From Candidatus Wildermuthbacteria bacterium (GTDB taxonomy: Bacteria; Patescibacteriota; Minisyncoccia; Minisyncoccales; UBA10102): 64,000 nucleotides of DNA. Below the pieces are notes generated by a model. The model searched no databases, was not told where the DNA came from, and saw only the letters and a list, made by a program, of their open reading frames with translations. Positions 37,252 to 45,744 of this stretch are shown piece by piece; the stretch's first letter is position 1; each line of letters begins with the position of its first letter. The translations under genes were made by a program, and so were the position numbers. The stretch lies in the NCBI GenBank assembly GCA_016181405.1, contig JACOZJ010000004.1, forward strand, positions 5,479 to 69,478, in the 5' to 3' direction.

Positions 37252-37955
37252 CTTACCCGCTTCTTCTCCTCTTCGCCTCGGCGCCCAGCTTCATCTGGCT
37301 TGCTTTCTTTCTTAGAAAGGACTCTCATCCTGAACCCAACCGGATGATTCTTAAGATATTTCTTTTTGGCGCTCTTGCGACCATTCCCGCGATGTATCTG
37401 GAAACCTTTCTCGAAGGATTCTTCTCAGATCTTTCGCTTTCTCGAACCACTTTTCTCCTTGTATACTTCCTCATTGGTATTGCCTTTGTCGAAGAGTTTC
37501 TCAAATATCTGGTGGTGCGCATTGGCGCGCTTTCGAACTCCGCCCTCGACGAACCTTTGGATGTTATGCTGTATATGGTAATCGCAGCCCTTGGATTTGC
37601 AGCGCTCGAAAATATTCTCCTGCTTTTTGGCCTCATTCAAACCTATCCCGCTTCCGACGTATTCCTTGTAAACAGCATTCGCTTTGTGCAGGCGGTTTTT
37701 CTCCATGCCTTAACTTCCGGCCTGTTCGGATATTTCCTTGCTCGTGCCATCTTCAAGAAAAAACACACGTGGCTTTTAACGCTCCTGGGCTTACTACTCG
37801 CCACGCTCTTGCATGGTTCCTTTAACTTCTATATATTTACTGTAGGGGGGCAAAACTTTTTCCTTCTGCTTCTCCCGATTATTCCGCTTCTCGCAATTGG
37901 TATTTTTATTTCTTTCGGCTTTCAACAATTAAAATTATGGAAAAAATCACAATAG
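37239..37955 (+). CDS. PrsW-family intramembrane protease
   Basis: 238 aa and polytopic. FVEEFLKYLVV (EExxK) and FLHALTSGLFGY ... HGSFN motifs. Confidence 0.8.
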   Translation: MASITYPLLLLFASAPSFIWLAFFLRKDSHPEPNRMILKIFLFGALATIPAMYLETFLEGFFSDLSLSRTTFLLVYFLIGIAFVEEFLKYLVVRIGALSNSALDEPLDVMLYMVIAALGFAALENILLLFGLIQTYPASDVFLVNSIRFVQAVFLHALTSGLFGYFLARAIFKKKHTWLLTLLGLLLATLLHGSFNFYIFTVGGQNFFLLLLPIIPLLAIGIFISFGFQQLKLWKKSQ

Positions 37956-38350
37956 AAGAACAACCTTCTGCGCAAGAGCCTATTGTAGAGCAGAAGGTCG
38001 ACGATTGGTTTGAGCCAGAGGGCGAACTTGCCGTTGACGTGTATCAAACAGAAAAAGATATCGTAATCCAATCTGCTATCGCCGGGGTGCGACCCGAAGA
38101 ACTCGACATCAGTGTGGAGAATGATGTAGTTACCATACGCGGATCCCGGAAAAACTCAACCATATCAGAAACCAAAGAATATCTGCACGAAGAATGCTTC
38201 TGGGGCGCTTTCTCGCGGCAAATTTTCCTTCCCGAAGAAGTAGATGTAAAAAATGTGCAAGCCACGATGAGAGATGGTGTGCTCACTCTCCGACTTCCTA
38301 AACTCAAAACCGAAAAAACAAAACGGGTAAAGATTGAGAAAGAGAGTTAA
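37937..38350 (+). CDS. Hsp20/alpha-crystallin small heat-shock protein
   Basis: 137 aa. GELAVDVYQTEKDIVIQSAIAGVRPEELDISVENDVVTIRGSR ... GVLTLRLPK. Confidence 0.9.
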   Translation: MEKITIEEQPSAQEPIVEQKVDDWFEPEGELAVDVYQTEKDIVIQSAIAGVRPEELDISVENDVVTIRGSRKNSTISETKEYLHEECFWGAFSRQIFLPEEVDVKNVQATMRDGVLTLRLPKLKTEKTKRVKIEKES

Positions 38351-39846
38351 CGTTCCTCAACAAGCCTGCGAGCCCATATTTGAGCCGTAAGATATTCGAC
38401 CGGCGCAAAATTGTCGGTGAGCAAAGGATGAGGATCAAAGTCAAAACGGTTTGTGTCTATAAGTTTTTCTTGAAACGCAGAACCCTTTAAGCCAACGGGC
38501 TTTTCGCTGTTGTGCCCCACAAATATGAAGTTCTGGAGCTCCTGTGTTTCAGGTGATTTAATAGCAAAGAAGTAGCTCTGGGGGAACGCAGCCCGAAAGG
38601 TTTTCATTTCTGCGAGCACGAATGAAGGCGGGTTCGGCGCAAGATCCCCAACAATATTCGCCAGAAAAATTCCCTCAGGCGCCAGTTTGCTTTTCGCGAT
38701 TTCAAAAAACTCTTTGGTTGCAAAATGTGCGGGGATAGACGACACGTATACATCGCTAAAAATAAGGTCATAGCGCTTTTTGGTGTCGTGGAGAAACCGT
38801 CTGCCGTCTTCGATATAGTGGGTAAGACGAGCATCCTCGGGCACGCGGAAAAAACGTTTGCCAATATCCACGAGTTCAGGTTCAATTTCCACCGCGTCCA
38901 CGTGAATATCCGGCAACTCCTGAAGCAGCGCCTTGGGCACGCTGTACGCCCCGGCGCCAATCGCCAGCGCTTTTTTTGGATTGGGAGTAAAGATTTTATA
39001 GAGCGTATAGTACTTTGTGTATTCGTACGCGAGCTCGTCTGAATCTAAGAACATAGCGGAAGAAGAACTCCAATCCTGTTTAAGAAACCTTGCTGGCCTT
39101 CCTCGATACTCTCCGTCGTACACTGTGATTTTCTCGTATAGCCCGTCTGTTTCGTACACAACATCTGCCTTTGCTGCGGCAAGCGTTGAAAACAAACTTC
39201 CCAAAAGAACCGCGCTTACCCCCACACACGCGAGGATATTTTCTTTCCTTGATCCCGATGCAACCATTCCAACCATTCCTATAACAAGAAGGAGTACGCC
39301 CGTGCCCAGAAAAATTTCATTCACGCCAAACCGAGGGATAAGAATGAAACCGGCGCTCAAACTTCCTGCAATGCTCCCACACGTGGACCAAAAAAATACT
39401 TTACCCGCGACCGTACCGACTCCTTCTTCTGGCACATGGAGCTTCTGAAGTTTAATGGCAAAAGGCGAAAGCGTGCCAAGTAAAAGTCCTGGAAGGAAAA
39501 ATAAAATCGTCGAAGAAATAAGCGGTCCGCTCACAAGGGAAAGCCGATATCCGATATAAGGCATGAGTACCAACGCGAGAAGCTGAAGCGCAAGCACCGT
39601 AGCTCCGCTCGCCGTGATAATTCCGTAAAAGAGACTGGGAGACGGCCGTTGGTCGGCAAGTCTGCCGCCCGCGTAATACCCCACGCTCAAGGCGGCCAGT
39701 ATTACGGTAATTACGCTCGAAACGGAAAAAATCGTGTTGCCATAATAGGGTGACAGGACGCGCACTGCCACAAGTTCAATAATCAGTACACACGCCCCAG
39801 TCAGAAACACAACACCCAAAAGAATATATTTGCTGAATAAGTGCAT
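38347..39846 (-). CDS. Fused polytopic membrane domain / spermidine-synthase-like (class I SAM-dependent aminopropyltransferase fold) protein
   Basis: 499 aa. About 7 N-terminal TM helices, then KALAIGAGAYSVPKALL ... YDLIFSDVY, typical of the spermidine-synthase fold. Confidence 0.8.
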   Translation of the reverse strand: MHLFSKYILLGVVFLTGACVLIIELVAVRVLSPYYGNTIFSVSSVITVILAALSVGYYAGGRLADQRPSPSLFYGIITASGATVLALQLLALVLMPYIGYRLSLVSGPLISSTILFFLPGLLLGTLSPFAIKLQKLHVPEEGVGTVAGKVFFWSTCGSIAGSLSAGFILIPRFGVNEIFLGTGVLLLVIGMVGMVASGSRKENILACVGVSAVLLGSLFSTLAAAKADVVYETDGLYEKITVYDGEYRGRPARFLKQDWSSSSAMFLDSDELAYEYTKYYTLYKIFTPNPKKALAIGAGAYSVPKALLQELPDIHVDAVEIEPELVDIGKRFFRVPEDARLTHYIEDGRRFLHDTKKRYDLIFSDVYVSSIPAHFATKEFFEIAKSKLAPEGIFLANIVGDLAPNPPSFVLAEMKTFRAAFPQSYFFAIKSPETQELQNFIFVGHNSEKPVGLKGSAFQEKLIDTNRFDFDPHPLLTDNFAPVEYLTAQIWARRLVEER

Positions 39847-39872
39847 AGTTTACACTGAACGAAGTTGAAGTG

Positions 39873-39954
39873 TGCCGAGGGTGGGACTCGAACCCACAAG
39901 CCTTGCGGCGCTAGCTCCTAAGGCTAGTGCGTTTGCCAATTTCGCCACCTCGGC
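39873..39954 (-). tRNA. tRNA-Leu (anticodon TAG)
   Basis: Reverse complement GCCGAGGTGGCGAAATTGGCAAACGCACTAGCCTTAGGAGCTAGCGCCGCAAGGCTTGTGGGTTCGAGTCCCACCCTCGGCA, with anticodon loop CTTAGGA and a long variable arm. Confidence 0.9.
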
Positions 39955-40040
39955 GCATATGTAGCCAATTATGCACGATTTACTTACAAAAATCAAAAGA
40001 AGAGGCCTTCTGTCGAATAAATCGGCATAGGCCTCATGCT

Positions 40041-41717
40041 TTACCGCTGGAGCACTCGCTGGAACGAGAGCTCACACCTTGGCACTTGAGCAATGCTTTC
40101 CTCGGGCTCTACGCGAACCTCAAAGGAGGCAGTGCCCCTTTGTGCAATAAGCACCTTTTCAGACAGCGACTTCTCGTCGCCATCCACAAAGATGGTTGTC
40201 CTGCCTTTCTTGAAAGAGCAAGACACACTCTGTATCCGTACAGACTGATCTTCGCTTGCTCTGTTCTCCAGGCTCCCCGAGAACACGACCTCAAGTTCTT
40301 TCTCGTCGACTCGCAAGAACTGCAAGTTCATTAGCGAGGAGGGTTCGAGGGTTTCTGGAACCCTGATGTTTTGAGCCACGAGCAGCGACTCAATCAGCGT
40401 GCCCGACCCCGTCTTCACATCTACAAACACTTTTTGGATTTGAAACGGGGCTACTCCAGAAGGCACGCTGATTATACCCAGCACTATTGTTTCCCCCTTT
40501 GGAATGGAAAACGTGTGCCCCTCCTGAATCTCAACGAAAGCAGGGAGTACCCGCATGACAACTCGTGCATCCCCCCGCTTCGTTACAAACCGCCAGACCA
40601 ACATACGCTCAAGTTCCCTTTCTGACGGATTGTTCAGCACCACCTGGACAGACAAGGGGCTACCCGGCAACAAATCCACGTTGTCTGCCACATTTATAAC
40701 CCGCGCCCCGGGCACTACAAACAGAGGCGTTGGTGTGGGAACCGGCGTGCTCGTCGGCGTGGGAGTAGCTGGAGGAACTGTTGGCGTTGGTGTTGGTGTC
40801 GCTGTCGGCGTTGCGCTCGGCGTGGGCGTCGCAAAGGGGATAACGGTAGGCGTAGGCGAGGGAGTTGGAGTCGGGGTAGACGTAGGCGCCGAGATCGGCG
40901 TTGGCGCTGGCAAAACCACAAACTTCATCTCACCCTTGCATCCACTTTCTCCAATCACCACGGTAATATCATCAATCACCGCACCCCAGTGGGATCCGCC
41001 ACCCACTCCTTGAAACTTCAAACGCGAGGTAACTTCCTGTGCCGTAAGCCGATACCCTTGATAAACCCACCCCATCTGGCTGGGAGAACGCCCCGTTGTG
41101 TCAACCGCAATACGGTCAACCAATAGAGCATTCCACCACACCTCCATCACCTTTATGGAATCTCCTCCGCTAGGGTTGCCGGAAAGCGCGAAGCAAACCT
41201 CATAGATCTGCCCAGGAGTCGTTGCAAACTCCCGGGCGATTGCGCCTGCGCTCCAGCCATGGATATCGAGGGATTGTCTACCCCTAGCTGCCTTCCAAAA
41301 AGACCCGACAAAGTCTACGCTTCCCTCAACTGTCCATCCTCCAACGAGCCCACCATCAAACGATATCCATCGGTCACCCGCAAAGGGGATCTCGAAGTCT
41401 TCGTAAAGAATGACGTTGCTCGGGAGAGGCATCGGCAACAACGAATGAATAGAGGGGAGCGGCGTTGGGGTTGGCGTAGGCGTTGGCTGCGCGACGACAA
41501 TATGCCTCCGATACTGCTGTGTTGGAGTCGGGGTTGGCGTTGGCGTTGGCCATGCCAGAAGAATATGGGTAGGCGTGGGAGTTGGAGTTGGAATTCGGGT
41601 TGATCCGCCAGGTGGCGAAGGGGTTGGCGTAACTACCGTACAACCCAACCCCAATATTGCCATAGCAAGCGCCATACTCAATACGCCGAGTATCTTCCTC
41701 ATGGGAAGTCTCCTCAA
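40041..41717 (-). CDS. GC-rich lipoprotein with Pro/Thr linkers and a DUF642 / choice-of-anchor-C-like lectin-fold domain
   Basis: Lipobox-like LGLGCTV. Two PTPTPTP linker tracts. The central segment [47 protein letters not shown]...GAVIDDITV resembles DUF642. The C-terminal ~230 aa are unassigned. Confidence 0.7.
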   Translation of the reverse strand: MRRLPMRKILGVLSMALAMAILGLGCTVVTPTPSPPGGSTRIPTPTPTPTHILLAWPTPTPTPTPTQQYRRHIVVAQPTPTPTPTPLPSIHSLLPMPLPSNVILYEDFEIPFAGDRWISFDGGLVGGWTVEGSVDFVGSFWKAARGRQSLDIHGWSAGAIAREFATTPGQIYEVCFALSGNPSGGDSIKVMEVWWNALLVDRIAVDTTGRSPSQMGWVYQGYRLTAQEVTSRLKFQGVGGGSHWGAVIDDITVVIGESGCKGEMKFVVLPAPTPISAPTSTPTPTPSPTPTVIPFATPTPSATPTATPTPTPTVPPATPTPTSTPVPTPTPLFVVPGARVINVADNVDLLPGSPLSVQVVLNNPSERELERMLVWRFVTKRGDARVVMRVLPAFVEIQEGHTFSIPKGETIVLGIISVPSGVAPFQIQKVFVDVKTGSGTLIESLLVAQNIRVPETLEPSSLMNLQFLRVDEKELEVVFSGSLENRASEDQSVRIQSVSCSFKKGRTTIFVDGDEKSLSEKVLIAQRGTASFEVRVEPEESIAQVPRCELSFQRVLQR

Positions 41718-41801
41718 ACAAAATGTGCTGGGACTAAACCAGTGTTACAACAACTTCCTTATTTTGTCAAGAAAAACGCGCGAACAAAGAAGAGCGCTTT
41801 A

Positions 41802-42416
41802 CTACACTTTTTCAAATACCGTAAGGTATTGAGGATAAAAAGATCCAAAAAGTGGACTCGTAACGTGCTTGAGACGAAGACCAAGAGCATGTATCAATCC
41901 CCGAAGTTTCTTGGGATGGATACTGTGAATATGAATCTCGCGGGCGACCAAAGGGTTTTTATACACAACAACTGCGTGATAGAGGCACCAAAATCCCCGC
42001 ATGAAACTTGGCTCTATTGGATATGTTAAAACGAGGCGCCCTTGAGGTTTCAAAATCCTTTCCATCTCGGCAAGCGCCTTTTGTAGATCTGGAATGTGTT
42101 CAATGGTGTGCAAACTATATACTTTGTCAAAACTGTTATCGGGGAATTCGAGATGTGTGGCATCCATAACGCTTAGATTATTCGTCACTCTATCTGCAAT
42201 AGCTTCTGCGTTGATATCAACTCCATATGCGTCAACTCCCAATCCTTGAAGTCTCCTGACGAGAGCTCCTCTATTGCATCCTATCTCAAGCACTCTTTCT
42301 CCCTCACGCGCGTTCAAATACCTTTGCAGAACTTGGAACAAATAGCGCTCAAACCATGTGGAAAGATATGTGGAGTGAGCATACTGATAATTATAAGAGA
42401 TGCCTACTGCTTTCAT
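41802..42416 (-). CDS. Class I SAM-dependent methyltransferase
   Basis: ATG at 42416. Motif I VLEIGCNRGALVRRL, then FDKVYSLHTIEHIPD and LKPQGRLVLTYP. Confidence 0.85.
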   Translation of the reverse strand: MKAVGISYNYQYAHSTYLSTWFERYLFQVLQRYLNAREGERVLEIGCNRGALVRRLQGLGVDAYGVDINAEAIADRVTNNLSVMDATHLEFPDNSFDKVYSLHTIEHIPDLQKALAEMERILKPQGRLVLTYPIEPSFMRGFWCLYHAVVVYKNPLVAREIHIHSIHPKKLRGLIHALGLRLKHVTSPLFGSFYPQYLTVFEKV

Positions 42417-42459
42417 AAAATCAATGTTTCTTTTTTTCTTTATTATTTTTCCTATTGTA

Positions 42460-43239
42460 CTACTTTTTGATTTTAACGCCAATCCTGCCCGTATAGTCAA
42501 CGCGCTGCAGGAGTAAGGGAATGTTGTTATCCTGAATATATGTGTCCACGGCTTCTTTCGCCCCTTGGAAACATCCATAGTCATCAATAAGGAGCACTCC
42601 ATGCTGAGCAAGCAAAGGAAAGAGGTGTCTAAGCTCATGGATTGTTGACTCATACCAGTCGGTATCCAATCGAAGAAGCGCGATCGAAGACGGCACTACT
42701 TTGGGAATCGTTTCTTCCACCTTGCCTTGTACAAACACAAGCTGTTGGGCAGGGTATGCTGTCGCGGCAAGATTTTTCTTCACTTCCTGCAAAGAAGCAA
42801 AAGCCCATTCGTTATGATGCTCTTTTTGCATCTTTCGCCAAACGTTTTTCGCAGGCGAAGATCCAAAAACTCTCACATCTTTCACGCCTGGTTTCGTCAT
42901 CCCGGCGAACGTATCGTATACATATATTTTTCGCTCTGTGCTATTCATGGAGAGCAGCGTAAGCGCTATCAGCATGGCGCTTCCGCCTCGCCATGCCCCA
43001 CATTCGACAAAATCACCAGGAATTCCAGCGCGTATCACGTATATAACCGCCTTATACAAAGCATACATGCGTTCCGGGGAAGTCATAGTATATGCCTTAC
43101 ATGCGTTGTATATTTCTTCAAACTCCTTTTCGCGCATATCTCGAGGCAGGCCACGGCGAAAAACAAATCCCGCGGCAAACAACTTATACCAATATGCCTC
43201 AAGGGAAGATGTAATAAATTCTCGTATGCGTGCAATCAT
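42460..43239 (-). CDS. TylF/MycF-family (macrocin-O-methyltransferase-like) methyltransferase
   Basis: GDFVECGAWRGGSAMLIA and LRLDTDWYESTIHELRHLFPLLAQHGVLLIDDYG are typical of that family. Confidence 0.85.
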   Translation of the reverse strand: MIARIREFITSSLEAYWYKLFAAGFVFRRGLPRDMREKEFEEIYNACKAYTMTSPERMYALYKAVIYVIRAGIPGDFVECGAWRGGSAMLIALTLLSMNSTERKIYVYDTFAGMTKPGVKDVRVFGSSPAKNVWRKMQKEHHNEWAFASLQEVKKNLAATAYPAQQLVFVQGKVEETIPKVVPSSIALLRLDTDWYESTIHELRHLFPLLAQHGVLLIDDYGCFQGAKEAVDTYIQDNNIPLLLQRVDYTGRIGVKIKK

Positions 43240-44297
43240 AGTACTTCACTCTTCTTGGCTAAAAAATGCGCGGCCCAAATAGCTACACCACCACAAAGCA
43301 ACCCAGCTATAATATCTACAAAGTAATGGGCGGCGAATAAATTCGTCCCGATTGTGGAAAGAACTGTGAATGGAACCGATACGAGCAAAAGCCATTTCGA
43401 TACACGATAGGAATAATACGCGAGAAATACTGCCCATACGACGTGCGCGCTGGGAATCGCGGTTGTAGGAAGCACAAATGCATCCTTGAGAGTCGCGTCT
43501 ATTTTTTCCCAAAATGCGGCTATTTCTTCCTGCGGATGCCAGCCATCCACATATTGCTGCACTTGAGCAGGGACAGAAAGGTTATACTCATCGGTGACAA
43601 AACGATAGTAGGGGCTTAACACGGGGAACAACGTCCAGCCTGCGAACATAATCATTGCAGACAAGAAAAAAGCGCCGGCTGCCTCGCGGAAAAGGCGCGG
43701 ACGAGCGACCAGAAGATAAGCCCCAAAAATAGTAAGCGCCGGCACGAGGTAAAAAAAGGAAAACTCCACCGCAGAGATAAACCAGTTGGGATATTGAAAC
43801 GAAGCTAGAGAAAGCGGGGGGAATGTACCAGTTAGAAATGTATCCCATGTAAATAAAAGCTCATCTCGCAGCCTCGTGGCATTAAACACGTTAAGCGGAC
43901 CTAACGCCATGCTCATGCTGTAAAAGGCAAGCGCAAAGGGAATCCCCACGACAATAACGTCTCGGAGAATCGTGCGTGTACGCTGCAAAAATCGCACTGC
44001 ATTCTGGCGAGTAAAAACAGTCAACGGATCTGTCTGCTGTAGCGCAGCTTTTGCCCAGAGCACGACGCCGTGAGCAAACAACCCGATGGAAAACAGAATA
44101 AACGTCCACACGACGCGGGCTCCATTGAGATTTACATAATGTTTGAGGATATCTTGCCCGCCTTGCTGCGAGGCAGGCCCGCTATTTTGAACCAGCGAGC
44201 TCAAAACGAAAAAAGCGGCAGTAAATAGAAAAAGAGCAACATACAAAAAAATTTCCGGCCGGACAAAAAATCTCAAAAATAAATTCACTCTTCCCAT
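43236..44297 (-). CDS. PAP2-superfamily polytopic membrane protein (phosphatase or phospho-headgroup transferase-like)
   Basis: 353 aa. C-terminal PSAHVVWAV and AAHYFVDIIAG (SxH ... HxxxD PAP2 motifs). Confidence 0.7.
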   Translation of the reverse strand: MGRVNLFLRFFVRPEIFLYVALFLFTAAFFVLSSLVQNSGPASQQGGQDILKHYVNLNGARVVWTFILFSIGLFAHGVVLWAKAALQQTDPLTVFTRQNAVRFLQRTRTILRDVIVVGIPFALAFYSMSMALGPLNVFNATRLRDELLFTWDTFLTGTFPPLSLASFQYPNWFISAVEFSFFYLVPALTIFGAYLLVARPRLFREAAGAFFLSAMIMFAGWTLFPVLSPYYRFVTDEYNLSVPAQVQQYVDGWHPQEEIAAFWEKIDATLKDAFVLPTTAIPSAHVVWAVFLAYYSYRVSKWLLLVSVPFTVLSTIGTNLFAAHYFVDIIAGLLCGGVAIWAAHFLAKKSEVL

Positions 44298-44335
44298 AAC
44301 ATAGGAAAATATCGGAAAAACAAATCAAATTTTGC

Positions 44336-44686
44336 CTACGACCCAATGAGGCTTCTTACCGCAGTTACAAGACCTCTTGCCAATACTGCAACCGCGATAC
44401 CTATAGCAGCGTACAGGAGTTTGTTGCGCGCCTGCCCAACCTGCTGGGGTTCTCCTCCTCCGGTAATAAACTGAAAGCCGGCAAGCACAATAAAGATAAC
44501 AGCGAATACAAGCACCACCACGAATATCCAGTCTACGATGTTGTCTAAAAGATCGATGAAGTTTTGAGCGCTCGTAACAGTATCAGGAATTGTGGCCGGG
44601 GGTGGTTCTCCGATCGCCAGAGCGGCATTCCCCACCGCGAGCCCCAATAAAACAAGAAATCCAAATGCTATCGTTTTTTTTGCCAT
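44336..44686 (-). CDS. VirB2/TrbC-like mini-pilin (signal peptide plus two hydrophobic helices), paralog A
   Basis: 116 aa. Signal MAKKTIAFGFLVLLGLAVGNAALA, then NFIDLLDNIVDWIFVVVLVFAVIFIVLAGFQFITGGGEPQQVGQARNKLLYAAIGIAVAVLARGLVTAVRSLIGS. Confidence 0.7.
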   Translation of the reverse strand: MAKKTIAFGFLVLLGLAVGNAALAIGEPPPATIPDTVTSAQNFIDLLDNIVDWIFVVVLVFAVIFIVLAGFQFITGGGEPQQVGQARNKLLYAAIGIAVAVLARGLVTAVRSLIGS

Positions 44687-44777
44687 ATTATTAATGAAAT
44701 TTCTAGAAAATTCGACTTTACGTGTTTAATGGATTATAGAATACAGATTTCCCAAAAACAATCCTGGTTTTCCACAG

Positions 44778-45053
44778 TTATCCTCCAACGATTGCCCTGA
44801 TTGCTGTTGGAATTCCTTTGGCGAACACCGCGGCGATTATTGCCACCACGGCCCAAAGAAGCTTGCTCTTGGCCTGCGAAACTGCCTGTGGCTGTGCCTC
44901 ACCAGAAATAAACTGCCAGGCAGCGAGCACGATAAACAAAACAGCCAGCACCAAAAACACCACAAAAAACCAATCGAGGAGATTTTCTATCAAGGCAATG
45001 AGGCCGACGCCCGTTTTGGGCCCTGTGGGAGCTGGGATAATCCAAGGAGGCAT
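44778..45053 (-). CDS. VirB2/TrbC-like two-helix module protein without signal peptide, paralog B
   Basis: 91 aa. MPPWIIPAPTGPKTGVGLIALIENLLDWFFVVFLVLAVLFIVLAAWQFISGEAQPQAVSQAKSKLLWAVVAIIAAVFAKGIPTAIRAIVGG. Confidence 0.6.
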   Translation of the reverse strand: MPPWIIPAPTGPKTGVGLIALIENLLDWFFVVFLVLAVLFIVLAAWQFISGEAQPQAVSQAKSKLLWAVVAIIAAVFAKGIPTAIRAIVGG

Positions 45054-45076
45054 TGTTTAATTATAGCAATATAGTT

Positions 45077-45118
45077 AAAACAAAACAAACCCCGCCCTTC
45101 GACTACGCTCAGGGCGGG
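45077..45118 (-). terminator. Rho-independent terminator after paralog C
   Basis: cccgccct-(12 nt)-agggcggg. On the minus strand it is followed by gtttgttttgtttt. Confidence 0.7.
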
Positions 45119-45138
45119 ATAAGTGATTTTTGAACAAG

Positions 45139-45486
45139 TTACCCACGGATAAGGTTGTCCACCGCATCTGGGAGTCCTCGTGCAAGCAACGCAACGCCGA
45201 TACCCACTGCCGCCCAGATAAGTTTGGTTCGAGCCGCGGACACTGCGGCCGGGTCGCCTCCTCCGGTAATGAACTGAAGGCCGGCAAGAACGATGAATAT
45301 CACCGCAATCACCACAAGAATCACGAAGAGCCAGTCGGTAAGCACTCGCAACGCGTCAATAAACCCTTGTGCCGTGGTAATACCCGTAGGAATCACCCTC
45401 TCCGGAGTCGCGATTGCTGAAGCCTGACTCGCCATTGTTACTGCCAGTACAAGCGTAATCAGAAAAGCTGCAATAGTTTTCTTCAT
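45139..45486 (-). CDS. VirB2/TrbC-like mini-pilin, paralog C
   Basis: 115 aa. Signal MKKTIAAFLITLVLAVTMASQASA, then GFIDALRVLTDWLFVILVVIAVIFIVLAGLQFITGGGDPAAVSAARTKLIWAAVGIGVALLARGLPDAVDNLIRG. Confidence 0.7.
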   Translation of the reverse strand: MKKTIAAFLITLVLAVTMASQASAIATPERVIPTGITTAQGFIDALRVLTDWLFVILVVIAVIFIVLAGLQFITGGGDPAAVSAARTKLIWAAVGIGVALLARGLPDAVDNLIRG

Positions 45487-45566
45487 ATTGTCTATAATCC
45501 TAAATATTCCAATGAACTTTTATCATAAAAAGTTCTCTCGACCTTTTGCTACGTTTCCGTATTCCT

Positions 45567-45594
45567 ATTATATCCCATCAGCAAATCTTGTAAA
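45567..45594 (-). promoter_or_regulatory. Candidate sigma70-type promoter for paralog C
   Basis: The minus strand reads TTTACA-16 nt-TATAAT, about 80 nt upstream of the ATG at 45486. Confidence 0.45.
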
Positions 45595-45611
45595 CTCATT
45601 TATCCACAGCG

Positions 45612-45740
45612 CCAAGGAACCTCAAGCACCAAGCTTCAAAACCCAAGCAAATCATAAACCATAATGTTCAATTCTTTTTGTTTAGAGTTTTTATCCTTAG
45701 GGTTTGTTTGAACATTGAGCATTGGGGCTTGGGATTTTGT
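45612..45740. repeat. Pair of inverted heptamer-periodic modules (CAAG-type and CTTG-type) in the D-C intergenic spacer
   Basis: 45612-45653 has 7-nt periodic units ending in caa(g). 45697-45740 has 7-nt units ending in ttg in the opposite orientation. Confidence 0.5.
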
Positions 45741-45744
45741 CCCG

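Noticed and set aside
40555-41013. 152-aa plus-strand ORF rich in GVG repeats
   Set aside because: It is the antisense reading of the (PT)n linker of the lipoprotein gene, an artefact of the repeat.
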